64,000 nucleotides of DNA, from contig JALGPX010000005.1 of the NCBI GenBank assembly GCA_023515795.1, positions 1 through 64,000 on the forward strand, written 5' to 3'. Below the pieces are notes generated by a model. That model was not told the origin of the DNA, ran no database searches, and was given only the letters and a program-made list of their open reading frames with translations. The position numbers and the translations under genes are program-made. This DNA comes from Amoeboaphelidium occidentale (taxonomy: Eukaryota). Positions within the stretch are counted from its first letter, which is position 1; each line of letters begins with the position of its first letter. This document shows positions 9,475-20,881 of this stretch, piece after piece.

Positions 9475-9819
9475 TTAAGACTTAGCCTTCTCACGCAAGT
9501 TTCTTTTCATTCTGTTATAGATTACGCATCTATCGCATTGCGCGTAATAAGTTCCATCAGGTTTTCTTGAAAACGAGCCAGGTTCTTCTTGAGGCTTTCT
9601 TCTAACGCCTTCTGTGCGGCCGCACCTTTTACATTTGCGCTTTCCTTTTGTATTCTGAGAAACTTCGCGCAACTTTACAGCAACGCTTGATAGCAGATTC
9701 AAATTGAACGCACTCTTTGCAACAAAAGCGTGTTCAACAGCTTCTGGGCAAATGATATCAGAGTCAAGAGAAACCAAAGTGGAATTCTGACTACCAACAG
9801 TAGAGCTTGTTTCAGTCAT
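9475..9819 (-). CDS. small hypothetical protein with CxxC...CxxC zinc-finger-like basic C-terminus
   Basis: 114-aa ATG ORF filling the gap between genes; CKRC...CDRC. Confidence 0.55.
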   Translation of the reverse strand: MTETSSTVGSQNSTLVSLDSDIICPEAVEHAFVAKSAFNLNLLSSVAVKLREVSQNTKGKRKCKRCGRTEGVRRKPQEEPGSFSRKPDGTYYAQCDRCVIYNRMKRNLREKAKS

Positions 9820-10034
9820 TCTATTTCAAAGAGTTGCAGTTGAAACAGAATGATTGTTTACGTGTCGAATGTTTGACACTTTCATGTGGCTTAGAGGGTG
9901 CTACGGTGTCGCTGAGCATGCTTAAACGTCAAGAGCCTATCCTAAATACTTTATGAGCGCTGATTCTAAAAGGCCATTCCCCTAATATTGTGATGCCCTT
10001 GAAACGCTAAGCTAAAGTTTTCCCAAAGCGACCG

Positions 10035-11384
10035 ATGGCGCAAACCAAACGAAGGAGCTCATCAAGGACGAGAAGTTCGTCGAGACCTGCAGAAGTAATT
10101 GCTGCTACAGAAGTTATCGAAAGTGCCCCGCATATTACCGAAACTAAAGACGATGCTGCACAGACTTTGGCTCAACAGGATTCTGATACTCTGAGCTTCT
10201 TTTACACGCCGCACACAATAACTGCGCTTGTGCTCATGCTCATAGCCTTCCTATACAATGCTGTCTACACTACTGCTTCTACAGATTTTGCAACCAACAG
10301 TAAAATGGGCCTAGTCGCAATGATGGTCACATTCTCTCTAATTGGCTTGCTAATGTTTCCGGATGGTAATTTCATTCGACCTCACCCAGCTGCATGGCGT
10401 ATTGTGCTCTCAAGCTCTGCGATTTATCAGTTGATACTTGTATGGATTCTGTTTCAGAATGTGGATGACGTTCGTCAATTGTTGCGCTATGTTGATCCCT
10501 CCCTCGGTTTGCAATTACCAGAGCGAAGTTATGCTGACAACTGCGAGTTGAGTTACGCAAATGTTATGGAACAAATGGATGAGTTCGTTGTTGCTCACGT
10601 TCTTGGTTGGGTTGCTAAGGGTATCATGTTGAGGGATTATTGGATTCTTTGGATTATGTCCATCATGTTTGAAGTCCTGGAATACTCGTTACAGCATCAG
10701 TTACCAAACTTTGCAGAATGTTGGTGGGATCATTGGATTCTGGATGTTTCCGTATGCAACTTATTGGGTTTATGGCTGGGCATGCAATATAATTACTACA
10801 TGTCATTGAAGGAATACTCTTGGCGTGGGTTTAAGCAAATACCGTCAGTTGGTGGCAAGGTAAAAAGAGCGGTGCAGCAGTTCACGCCTTACTCTTGGAC
10901 AAAGTAATGCACTTGTTTCATTCTGCTTAACTCTTCTAGGTTCGATTGGGCATTGACAAAAGACCTTCCACATTTCTTAATGTCTTTAACAGTTATTTCA
11001 GTGTTCCTTTTGGCTGAACTGAATGCTTTCTATTTAAAATACCTCTTATGGATACCTCCTACGAATCCTTTGAACACATACCGTTTACTCTTCTTTTTCA
11101 TTTCTGGTTCAGCTGCATTGAATGAAGGACATGCCTACATCTCAACTGAAGGGACACGAAAACTTGGTGCTCAGGCCTGGTTGACCGTTGCGAATATTTT
11201 TACAGAGTTCGTTATATGTCTAAAGTTTGGCAAGAATGAGTTTCATGAGCCTACTCCGTGGCACGTTGTTGTGTTTTGGACTTTGTTCTTGCTACTGCTG
11301 TTCAGCTATGTCCTCTATCAGTTCTTATTTAAGCCATGGTATCAGCAGAAGGAGAAGAATGATAGTGCCAAGAAAGTAAAGTGA
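10035..11384 (+). CDS. PTDSS: phosphatidylserine synthase, base-exchange (PTDSS1/2) type
   Basis: FIRPHPAAWR, LPERSYA, HQLPNFAECWWDHWILDV, QQFTPYSW, AELNAFYLKY. Intron 10904-10939. Confidence 0.93.
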
Positions 11385-11632
11385 AAGAATAAATGATAGA
11401 CATCGTTGGTCGGATTAGTCAGGCTCAATTGAACATCTTAAGTCATCTGCATTTAAATATCTTAACAGTCGAGGATCTATTAATCTTTAGATCAGATACA
11501 TGACTTGAAAGTGGTTCTAATCAGTTGACTGTCACTCGAGTGCTGTTTGGTTTGGACAACTGCGTTGCTATGGAAACAGTGTCGTAAGTGATATATGGAT
11601 GGGTGGATAGAAAGTTCACCAATATTGCCAAT

Positions 11633-12727
11633 ATGATGCTAAAGGATAGGAAATACTGTTCTAGATTGCTCCTTTGCGTTGCGCTGGCTTTGGTTCTTGA
11701 GATATTAATGTTCACATACTTCACTATCTACATGAAAGGCCAGAGTGATGAACTCATGGAAATACTGGACGACTCTTTGGTTATTGTCACGGCGGCAAGT
11801 GAAAATCATTACTATGCTATTGTATCAACAATATACTCGGCGCAGAAGTCCTTACCAAATACTACCTTCATTGTGTATGATTTAGGATTTAGTCCCGAAG
11901 AGAAGGAGGCTATCAAGCAATTTAAGAATACCCAGTACAGAGTCTTTGATTTTTCTCAGTATCCCACATGGATGCATTTATACAACAAAAGCAGCGAAGA
12001 CTCTTCGCATAAGAGTGGATCTGACGGAGATGCACGATCAAAAAAGGCTGAGAGGGCTGGACAATGGGCTTGGAAACCGATTATACTGAAAGAAGTGGCT
12101 GAAACCACGAGATATGCAAATATTCTGTGGCTCGATGGAGACACCAATGTCAAAAGGTATCCGCAAGACTTGTTCGATGCTCTCAATAATCAAGGTGTAT
12201 TCACGACAGACAGTGTAGGAAATTCAACAGAATGGATTCATCCAAAAATGTTTCAATACTACAATCAGGACATGAGAAGCAACGTGTTTAAAATGGCAAA
12301 TGCTGGACGGGTTGGTTTCAACCTGAAGAATCAGACAGCAAAACGAGTTCTAAATGACTGGGTAGATTGCGCCATGAAAAAAGAATGCATTGCACCAGAA
12401 GGCAGTAACATTTTTAATCATAGACAGGATCAGGCTGCGTTGACTTTACTGATGGGAATGGAGGGTCTGCACTACGGTAGTGAACGTGCGAGTAGCTTCG
12501 TCGGCCACTATCCATTGCCAGAAAATATCAAAGAATGGGAGCAGTCGCTTAAGAGAAATAGAATTGATACAGACTATATGACATTAGTTGAGTTTCTACG
12601 TACGAAACATGCTGTCGCGAAATCCGTAATTGTCGATCATGATCACATACGAAATTGTTCTCACGAAAATGATTCTAAAATCTTTGGCACTTTTGGCAGC
12701 AGTTGCCGTTGCCTCCTCGTCTTATAG
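11633..12727 (+). CDS. type II membrane DUF1647-like putative glycosyltransferase
   Basis: N-terminal TM; VTAASENH, YDLG, WAWKPII, LWLD, CIAPEG, HRQDQA. Start codon uncertain. Confidence 0.75.
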   Translation: MMLKDRKYCSRLLLCVALALVLEILMFTYFTIYMKGQSDELMEILDDSLVIVTAASENHYYAIVSTIYSAQKSLPNTTFIVYDLGFSPEEKEAIKQFKNTQYRVFDFSQYPTWMHLYNKSSEDSSHKSGSDGDARSKKAERAGQWAWKPIILKEVAETTRYANILWLDGDTNVKRYPQDLFDALNNQGVFTTDSVGNSTEWIHPKMFQYYNQDMRSNVFKMANAGRVGFNLKNQTAKRVLNDWVDCAMKKECIAPEGSNIFNHRQDQAALTLLMGMEGLHYGSERASSFVGHYPLPENIKEWEQSLKRNRIDTDYMTLVEFLRTKHAVAKSVIVDHDHIRNCSHENDSKIFGTFGSSCRCLLVL

Positions 12728-14912
12728 CGAACAAGAGCAGAAGATATTTGGAGCGCAGCAAGAGCATCAAGTAGAATCTGCAGAGAGAAGCTTCACTTAC
12801 AATGATCTCTTTGGCTTGACCAAATTGCAGCAGTCTGTGGTATCGCCTGATGGCGCCAACATTCTACTTCAAGTCTCAAAGTACAACACGTCTACGGACG
12901 CCACTGCATCGCGCGTCGTTCTATCTCAGTTGGAAGGTGACAAGTTGAGCTATCCCGCTGAAAAGCTTGATTTCAATGGTGGGAATGGTTTCGCTGACAA
13001 GGAATCTAACCCAATGTGGTTCTCCAATACCAAGTATGGCTTTATCAAGAAGGCCACTGGTGAAAGCTCGGGCGATTATGTCGTGTTGAAAGATGTTGAG
13101 AAAAAGAGTTTGTATGTTGAACAAAAGCTTCCGTTCGTGCCTGATAACTTGCAGTTTGATATAAATAGTGGCAGATTCACTTTCACATATCGCGTTTACC
13201 CTGGTATGTCTATTGAAGAGACCATCGTAAAGGATAAATCTTTGGGAGATGATATCAATAAGGTTCACGTCTTTGATAAGATTTACATTAGACGCTGGGA
13301 TACTTGGGATGATCACAAAGTCTCAAGGGTTTTTGCTACAGAGCCTGTTGCTCTGGATGAATTCGCTGAATATGATTTTGAATGTTTGATCTTGAATGCT
13401 GAGAACTTGATGAAGCTTGTTGATGAATCGAAAAGCACTCCAACGGAGCCTTTTGGAGCTGCATCTGATTACGCGTGGGATTCACAGTCTGGAAAATTAT
13501 TGTTTGTCAGTCCAACTTATTATAATGAGAGCAGACAGGCTTATTCAACATCTACAAATGTCTATGTTGTCTCAAATTCTACTTTTGAATGTGTATCATG
13601 CGGAAAGTACAAAGAAGGTGCGAAATCAAGTCCTAAATTGTATCGCGGCGAAGGATACAATTACACTTGGCTGGAAATGAGAAGACCAAAATATGAGGCT
13701 GACACAAACATTCTGGTGATGGGAAATCTAGAATCAAAGGAAATGTTCACAGTCCTATCTTCTTGGAACTACTCCATTCTTAGTTATGTTATGAGTGAAA
13801 AGTTTGATAGAATCGTTTTCTTGCTTGCAGAAGATGCAGGAGAATCAGTATTGTTCCGTTACAATCTTACCGGTACTATGGGTGGTCCAGTAAAGATTTT
13901 GCGTATGGGCAGCATTTCTGAGATGAAGTTGGTCCCTTCTGCAAGCAAAGACTCAGAAGTATTGCTTTTGACTTCAAGCACAATGAACAGACCTGCAGAA
14001 CTGTTTAGATTGGAAGTTTTCGTTGACCAGGACAGCGATTACATTTTTGACAGGCTGACCTTCCTCAATGAAATCGAAGAACAATATGGTTTGCAAGAGC
14101 CAGAGAAATTTTGGTTCAATGGTGCAAAGAATGAGAAAGTTATGGGCTGGTTGATTAAACCTGCACATTTTAATCCAAACAAGAAGTATCCTCTTGCATT
14201 TTTGATCCATGGTGGTCCAGAAAGTGCATGGCATGATTCTTTTAGCTACAGATGGAATCCTCAAATTTTTGCGTCATCTGATTATTTTGTTGCTATGGTG
14301 AATTTCCATGGTTCGACTGGTTATAGTCAGGATTTTGTTGATTCAATCCATGGCAACTGGGGCAGTTATCCTTTTGAGGATAATATTCTTGGTTTAAAGC
14401 ATGTTTTGAAGAGCAATCCTTCAATTGACTCTGAGAAAGTTTGTGCACTTGGCGCAAGCTATGGTGGATACATGATCAACTGGCTGAATGGAAATGCTCC
14501 TGAAGGAACCTTCAAATGTTTAGTTAATCATGATGGTTTGTTTGATTTGACTTCAATGTATTATGCGACAGAAGAATTATATTTCCCAGAGTTTTCAGTC
14601 GATAACAAGGATTCTGATTCAAAGCATGCTTACCCGCCATATCATTCCAAGCACACTCAGACAGTCTATGACAAGTGGTCTCCAAGCAGATATGTCAACA
14701 ACTGGAAAACTCCTACTCTAGTTATTCACGATGGAAGAGACTATAGAGTTCCTATCACTGAGGGTATTATGACATTTACAGCTTTGCAAAGAAAAGGCAT
14801 CAAGAGTAGATTAGTAGTGTTTGAAGAGGAAAACCATTGGATTTTGAAGAGCAAGAATGGTTTGAAATGGCACAATGAGGTTCTCGGCTGGTTAGCGGAG
14901 TTCTTGCATTGA
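12669..14912 (+). CDS. DPP5: secreted dipeptidyl-peptidase V-like serine peptidase (S9C)
   Basis: Signal peptide MILKSLALLAAVAVASS; IHGGPE, GASYGG, DYRV, ENHW. Confidence 0.9.
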   Translation: MILKSLALLAAVAVASSSYSEQEQKIFGAQQEHQVESAERSFTYNDLFGLTKLQQSVVSPDGANILLQVSKYNTSTDATASRVVLSQLEGDKLSYPAEKLDFNGGNGFADKESNPMWFSNTKYGFIKKATGESSGDYVVLKDVEKKSLYVEQKLPFVPDNLQFDINSGRFTFTYRVYPGMSIEETIVKDKSLGDDINKVHVFDKIYIRRWDTWDDHKVSRVFATEPVALDEFAEYDFECLILNAENLMKLVDESKSTPTEPFGAASDYAWDSQSGKLLFVSPTYYNESRQAYSTSTNVYVVSNSTFECVSCGKYKEGAKSSPKLYRGEGYNYTWLEMRRPKYEADTNILVMGNLESKEMFTVLSSWNYSILSYVMSEKFDRIVFLLAEDAGESVLFRYNLTGTMGGPVKILRMGSISEMKLVPSASKDSEVLLLTSSTMNRPAELFRLEVFVDQDSDYIFDRLTFLNEIEEQYGLQEPEKFWFNGAKNEKVMGWLIKPAHFNPNKKYPLAFLIHGGPESAWHDSFSYRWNPQIFASSDYFVAMVNFHGSTGYSQDFVDSIHGNWGSYPFEDNILGLKHVLKSNPSIDSEKVCALGASYGGYMINWLNGNAPEGTFKCLVNHDGLFDLTSMYYATEELYFPEFSVDNKDSDSKHAYPPYHSKHTQTVYDKWSPSRYVNNWKTPTLVIHDGRDYRVPITEGIMTFTALQRKGIKSRLVVFEEENHWILKSKNGLKWHNEVLGWLAEFLH

Positions 14913-14950
14913 GTAACATGAGTAAATAGATGCTATGAGTGCATTCAGAT

Positions 14951-17044
14951 TTATTCAAGAACAGTATTAATCTTCATGTATAGGCAAGGGCCAATTCTTA
15001 CTAGATGATCAAAAAGAACCAGTTGAATTTGCTTCTCTTTAGGCATATTATTTAGGCATGATTCTGGATGGATGAACATTTTGTTGTTCTTATCATTCCC
15101 ATGGTAGAAAAAGTCTGAATCTCCAGCTCTACTAGCGATATTTCCTTTAAAAGTTTCTTTAAAGCACTTAATAACCAAATCCGTCTTCATTTCTTCTAAT
15201 GCCACTTCTTTCAAAGGGCAATTCAATTGTTTTAAATAAGATGCCAGTCTATCACGAACCGAAGAGTATTTTCTGAACAAGCTAGGTGCCGTTGATACAG
15301 AAAACATGAAAGAAAACAAATCTCCATAAGCATTACGATTCGATTGTAGTTGAAGCAATTCTGTCTCCTCGTGTGCATTCGTAATGTTGTTCATTATAAT
15401 CAATGATGCGATCAAGGAAACAACGTTACTAGCACATTCAGGATATGAATTGCAAGCCACGTAAAGACAGTATCGGTACTCTGGTTTGATGTAAGCTGGG
15501 AGAGCACTCATGAATTCGAATAGCGGTGTTGGTCGCAACTGATCATTCAATGCTCCAATTGAAACCAAATACTCTGTTTCAAGTTCTGCAAGATTTTTCG
15601 TTGGATTAGTCAAGTTGTCGAAATAAAAGTCGACAGTCTTCAGCCCCGTACAAGTTTGTGAAAAGAATATTTCTTTGGCAAACGGAGTCAAGAACAAGAA
15701 TGATTGAGTCTCCAGAATCGGTTTCGGAGGCATGACAGTCTTATCAGATCCTGGATATAACAAGTATGCTCTACCTGGTTTTCCACTAAGACCAGCGCTT
15801 GATATTCTCTGTTCCATGTCGACTTCTGATATAGGAACGACTTCGTTTTTTGTTCTAATGAAACCATCACTAAAATCATCACAAGCCTGTAATTTATAAC
15901 CAGAATCAATAACAATTGATATGGAATGGAAAGGAAAATCATAAGTGGCGACATTAGTTGTCAGCACCACAACTGGGCGACTGTTATGCTTCCTTGATGT
16001 CCCTGCGAAAACAGCGCGATTACTCTCTTTGCAACCTTCATACAATCTTAATGCTTCGGATTTATATGACAAAACCAAATCGGTTGAAATCCTTTCAGCC
16101 AACATTTCGATTTCGTATCTTGTCGGTAAGAATACTAAAATGTCACCAACAACCTTCTGTTCGGTCTTTAGCAAATACTCTAAAGTATCAAAAGCTGCAT
16201 CGACACAATCCGAAACAGGATCACTGAGGCATGATACAGTAACTGGTTGAGCTACTCGATCGAGAGAAACCACTTGAACATTTGGTGGCTCGTTGCCTAA
16301 ATATCCAACCAGATCATCAACATCAGCGCGATTTGATGTAAGAATAACTTTTAAATCCCTCCTGTGAGCATAATTAATCATTCTCTTTAAGAGCGACAGA
16401 CACATGATCATTTCGTAAGACGGTAAATGCAAATCTTCTAAAAGCACCACCGAAAACTTCGAAACATTCAAGTTCACCGAAGTTAATTGCCAAAAGAATA
16501 CATCAACGGATGTGAAAATAATCTTTGTATCTTTCGAAACAAAGTCTTCGCATTTACCCTGAAAGCCAACAACACTACCGAGTTTGGTGCACAGTTCCAT
16601 GCAAACTTGATCAGCCACAGCTCTTGCCATCGATTCAGTCTGATGCACACAAACCATCTTATGAGTGCCTTCCAATTTACCTGCCTCATAAATATATTGT
16701 GGTATCTGAGTACTTTTGCCAACGCCAGGAGGTCCAGCAACAATCGTGAACGTGTTATGCTCAGAGGTGCACAAAATAGCCTGGCGATAATTGTAAATGT
16801 CCAGTCGTGTGCGTGCTTCAGGTGTAGAAATGGGTTGTATAGAAGGCGCATACGGGTACAAAGCCAAACCAACTTTATCTTCAGCAATGATATTTCCCAG
16901 ATCATCACGAGCTTCTTGCTTTGAGTTTGACAGACCTTGAGGGGTGCCAGAGACTGAAGTATCATCCCTAAGAGTTGCATCTTGTGTTTTCTGCTTTACC
17001 GGCGTTAATCCGAAGGTAAATGTGAACTGCGCCCCGCCTGACAT
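14951..17044 (-). CDS. divergent DEAH/RHA helicase, DHX35-like
   Basis: [30 protein letters not shown]. Motif II reads EDLH and motif VI reads QRISSAG. Confidence 0.75.
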   Translation of the reverse strand: MSGGAQFTFTFGLTPVKQKTQDATLRDDTSVSGTPQGLSNSKQEARDDLGNIIAEDKVGLALYPYAPSIQPISTPEARTRLDIYNYRQAILCTSEHNTFTIVAGPPGVGKSTQIPQYIYEAGKLEGTHKMVCVHQTESMARAVADQVCMELCTKLGSVVGFQGKCEDFVSKDTKIIFTSVDVFFWQLTSVNLNVSKFSVVLLEDLHLPSYEMIMCLSLLKRMINYAHRRDLKVILTSNRADVDDLVGYLGNEPPNVQVVSLDRVAQPVTVSCLSDPVSDCVDAAFDTLEYLLKTEQKVVGDILVFLPTRYEIEMLAERISTDLVLSYKSEALRLYEGCKESNRAVFAGTSRKHNSRPVVVLTTNVATYDFPFHSISIVIDSGYKLQACDDFSDGFIRTKNEVVPISEVDMEQRISSAGLSGKPGRAYLLYPGSDKTVMPPKPILETQSFLFLTPFAKEIFFSQTCTGLKTVDFYFDNLTNPTKNLAELETEYLVSIGALNDQLRPTPLFEFMSALPAYIKPEYRYCLYVACNSYPECASNVVSLIASLIIMNNITNAHEETELLQLQSNRNAYGDLFSFMFSVSTAPSLFRKYSSVRDRLASYLKQLNCPLKEVALEEMKTDLVIKCFKETFKGNIASRAGDSDFFYHGNDKNNKMFIHPESCLNNMPKEKQIQLVLFDHLVRIGPCLYMKINTVLE

Positions 17045-17091
17045 GACTTTCGAGATTTGCGCGGAAAGAATTGTTGTTTCAGATTCAGAAC

Positions 17092-18140
17092 ATGGAATTA
17101 AATTCCGAAAGCATTCATTATAACAACAGACTTTTAATAGTTAAAACACTAAAGCGGAAATGGAGCAGCCAAGATTTTATGGAACTCGCAAAGCTGTGGG
17201 GCCTAAGCGAGAATCTGTTGAGGGAAGTTCAGGAAATGAGCAGAAAATCGGAGGACAGGCCAGCAAAGCTTAGTCGACCATTCGCAGATTTCCTGGTAAT
17301 ATCTAGGCGGAATAAATTAATCTTTTAAGGCTGATAAAATGAGTGTACGACATTTCTGCGACGTACTTTTGCTTGGTACATTTGAGCAAAGATACTGTTG
17401 ATTTATTCTGAGTAGATGTTCGAGTAGCAGCAAGGAAATGGTCGATATACAATATTATTAACAAAAGTAACTCAGAGGGAAAGCGGCCTGCATTGTCTGG
17501 AATTGGTCAGGAATTTTTAAACGCAAAACTGAATTACGACTGGTACATTCAATCAAGCGATCATGCTTCCAGTAATTATATTGTCGTGGTACTGAAAAGG
17601 GCTGGCGAGCTTGATGTAGTTTTTACAATGGCATATTTACCTGATGCTAATCGTTTTGCGCTGTCGTTTATATCGAGTGTTACAAAGAAATTTGCACAGA
17701 GGATATTGAACGCTTTGGCTAAATGGATGGCCGGAGGAGACTATGAAGAAGATTCAAAGGATGTTCATTTGTCTTTAGACGAAGTTTTTGATTTGATATC
17801 CCCCGTTCCAGATCAGGATGCGTTTTCCTCATCTTATGAAACAGAGAATGTAGAACCGAGCGAGCAACTTAAAAAGTCCAAATACCAAACGATATATTGC
17901 AAGGTACTTCGATACATTCTCGTCTTGCTTATCTTTTAGTTCAGTGGACCTTTTATGGGTGACACTTCAAACAAGAACTTCGACTTTGGTTTGAAGGTTT
18001 ATGGTCGAGAAATACGACGGAGTTTAGAGAAATTTTTTGGTGAAAGAGCTATAGATGATCGAATCCTTGAGGCTGTTCCTCATACAAACGATGAAGTTTC
18101 TTTCTTCGAATGTAGGCTTTCTCGAGAACAAGAGAATTAA
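17092..18140 (+). CDS. three-exon hypothetical protein (weak resemblance to CENP-N/Chl4)
   Basis: ORF pieces joined by short GT-AG introns near 17296-17329 and 17903-17939. The family call is tentative. Confidence 0.45.
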
Positions 18141-18146
18141 ACCGTT

Positions 18147-20777
18147 CTATTTCTTATCTTTTGGTTGCTTTACATATTTCACTGGATCAATAACAGTACC
18201 AGATTTCACTATAACTTTAGGCTTTGTACGCTTTCCTTCAATCTGAACAGGATTCCATTCCTTTCCAAGGGCTTGTTGTGCAATCGCTTCGTATTGTTGT
18301 TTCGACTGATAAGGATGAGGCACATGAGACACAACGTACTTTTGTATAAATTTCTTGTCTTTCTTCTCATTAATTATTACATTTTGCAGTTTGTAATCTT
18401 TCCTCTTCTTTGGGTCGAGGCCCTCATTCTTCTTCGGTGGCAAGATGATCTTTTTCTGCTTCTTAGGATTTACACCAGAGCCACCCCATGCGCCCCATCC
18501 CGGTAAAGTAACATCTTTTGACTTTGGTGCATCTTCATTTGTCTCCATGAGCTTTTCTTGTTCAAATTCTTCTTCCACAAGATCATCGTTAGCAAAAACT
18601 TGTTTGATCAGCTCCTTTTGTTTACCAAATTTGATAGAGGATGCTTTTGAAGGAACTATCACTACAGTTTCATCTTCATCTACCTCTGAATTATCTTCCT
18701 GGACCTTAAGTGGAGCAAGTTGTGCAGTTTTCTCAATTTTAACTTTCAACTTCTTTGCTCTAGAATCATCATCCTTTGCGTTAGAATCTTGGACAAGGGA
18801 AGTAGCAGAATGAACTCCAATACTTTTTAAAGACGTCGAAAGCCAAGGATTGCTGCTGCTTTCATGTTCTTCCGTGTTATTTTCAAAACATTCAATAAAG
18901 TCTTTCTTAACAACGTCTGCAATCTTCAGTTTCTTTTCCGAACGCTCCTGTTCTTCTTGCATAGCTTCAAAAGCTCGCTTAGTTTTCCTCTTCTTCTGCT
19001 CCTTCTTTGGCTTTTCGGTTTCCGCCTTTTCTTGCGACTGTTCTTGTTCGGCAGTTTCATCTTCAATAGGCTTTTCATAATAAGGATCATCTTCGGTATT
19101 TTTCTTCTGCTTCTGTGTAGTTGAGCTAGATGAAGGACCAAATAATAATCTCCCAGTATTACTATCGTCTTTCATAGAGTTTGAACCATTCAAGTCATCA
19201 GCCATTTCATCGACCCTGTTTGCAGCGTCGAGACGTTGCTGTTCCATTGCATTCTTCATAAACTTCATTGCAAAGATTCCCTTCTTTGGCTGCTCTTCAT
19301 TATTCTTCAATTCAGAGCTAATCTTGGCCAACTCTTCAGCTTCGTCGATCTCCTCCTTTTCATCAAGAGAATCGTAATCTGAATCATCTTTGGATTTGAT
19401 TTTTTTCATCAGTTCTTCGTGCCTGTTTATCTGATCCATAACAGCTTCTCTAGTTTCCTCATCGTGTTTTAAGCCCATAAGATTCTTGGCCCATTTACTT
19501 CCACTTTTATGTCTCAGAGACATTCTTTCCAAAGCGCGACGTTTTTCTAACTCCTCGGCATCATTTTCTACTCCGTCATCTTCCAATGCAGCCAAACGCT
19601 CTTTATCTTTCTTCTTGATCTTTCTGTATTTTCTGGATTTAATCTTAGCCGCTCTCTTCTCCTTTTGTTCTGCATAGAATAACAAAGCCCTCATTTTACG
19701 CATTTCTTCTCGCTGCGCTTTCAATTCTTCTGGATCTAATTTGTTCATCAATAGTTCTTCTTCTGCTTTTACAATATCAGCCTCAGTTTTCAATCCAGCA
19801 TCTTCAAGGATTCTTTCAATATCCTTCTCTAAATCATTGGATGCCTCGATGTTCCCAAGACTCTTGTTACTCACAACATGATCTAATGGCGCGTTCAAAG
19901 GGAAACTTAAAGATTCTTCCTTCCTGTTCTTTTGTACAACTGGTAACCATTTGCTGATTTCTTTACTTGCTGTCTCATAGGCAGCGATACGCTCAAGTTT
20001 CTCGATATGAGCATGAGGAAGCGGTGCACTGACGAGAGCTTGCCGTTTCTTTTTCTTGTTAACCTCTCGTACCTGTGATTTCAAGCGAGACAATGAATTT
20101 GAGTCATCGACGGTATTTACCAAATCCTCCAAAGATAATTCGCTCTTGTTAGTTCTCAAATTGAATTCTCCCTCATACGCTTCGTCCAAATTTGCTTGTT
20201 CTTCATCAGCGGAGAATGCGTCACCGGTTTCTAATTCATTATTCTGCAATATCTTGCTGAGGTCGATATCATTATCTTCTTCATCCGAAAACTCTGGCAT
20301 GTCTTCGTCTTGAGATTCTTCATCTGAGCTTTGTGACCTTGGCATGATATCAGCGACAGTAATCGCCTTAGGCTTCACAGATTCTACATCTCCATCCTTA
20401 AACATTTCAGAGATATCCATTGCATCAGGGTCATCCTCAAAATCAGAATCTTCTTCCTCCTCTTTATCCGCGCCTTTCGCGCCAAAATAATCACCAAACC
20501 GTTCATCGTCGCTTTCATTGAATGCAGAATCTTCTGATATTTCTTCATCGTTCTGAGCGTCTATTTGAACATCCTGAATTTCGTAATTGTCTACGCCAGT
20601 GATCTTTGATATATCATCATTATCTGCACCAACATCTTCATAAACATCCAAACCCACAAAATCATTTCGCTTTCGCGTATTTTTGCTGCCTTTGTTGTTC
20701 CTTTTGTCCTTATTCTTTTCATCAGCCCCAAAGTACGAAGAAGCGAATGGCTTTGGTGTTGAATAAACTCGTGGCAT
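18147..20777 (-). CDS. UTP14: U3 snoRNA-associated protein 14
   Basis: ERIAAYE, KIKSRKYRK, ERMSLRH, LPGWGAWGG, LGKEWN. Confidence 0.95.
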   Translation of the reverse strand: MPRVYSTPKPFASSYFGADEKNKDKRNNKGSKNTRKRNDFVGLDVYEDVGADNDDISKITGVDNYEIQDVQIDAQNDEEISEDSAFNESDDERFGDYFGAKGADKEEEEDSDFEDDPDAMDISEMFKDGDVESVKPKAITVADIMPRSQSSDEESQDEDMPEFSDEEDNDIDLSKILQNNELETGDAFSADEEQANLDEAYEGEFNLRTNKSELSLEDLVNTVDDSNSLSRLKSQVREVNKKKKRQALVSAPLPHAHIEKLERIAAYETASKEISKWLPVVQKNRKEESLSFPLNAPLDHVVSNKSLGNIEASNDLEKDIERILEDAGLKTEADIVKAEEELLMNKLDPEELKAQREEMRKMRALLFYAEQKEKRAAKIKSRKYRKIKKKDKERLAALEDDGVENDAEELEKRRALERMSLRHKSGSKWAKNLMGLKHDEETREAVMDQINRHEELMKKIKSKDDSDYDSLDEKEEIDEAEELAKISSELKNNEEQPKKGIFAMKFMKNAMEQQRLDAANRVDEMADDLNGSNSMKDDSNTGRLLFGPSSSSTTQKQKKNTEDDPYYEKPIEDETAEQEQSQEKAETEKPKKEQKKRKTKRAFEAMQEEQERSEKKLKIADVVKKDFIECFENNTEEHESSSNPWLSTSLKSIGVHSATSLVQDSNAKDDDSRAKKLKVKIEKTAQLAPLKVQEDNSEVDEDETVVIVPSKASSIKFGKQKELIKQVFANDDLVEEEFEQEKLMETNEDAPKSKDVTLPGWGAWGGSGVNPKKQKKIILPPKKNEGLDPKKRKDYKLQNVIINEKKDKKFIQKYVVSHVPHPYQSKQQYEAIAQQALGKEWNPVQIEGKRTKPKVIVKSGTVIDPVKYVKQPKDKK

Positions 20778-20881
20778 TTGTGTCGCTGTGATTGTCGCAA
20801 AAATCAGGAAAAGCGTTTCGAAGTCAGAACCTGCCTTATGGAAGTTGCGCTTCTTTACTTTAAGAAGAGAATGGATTTTAT

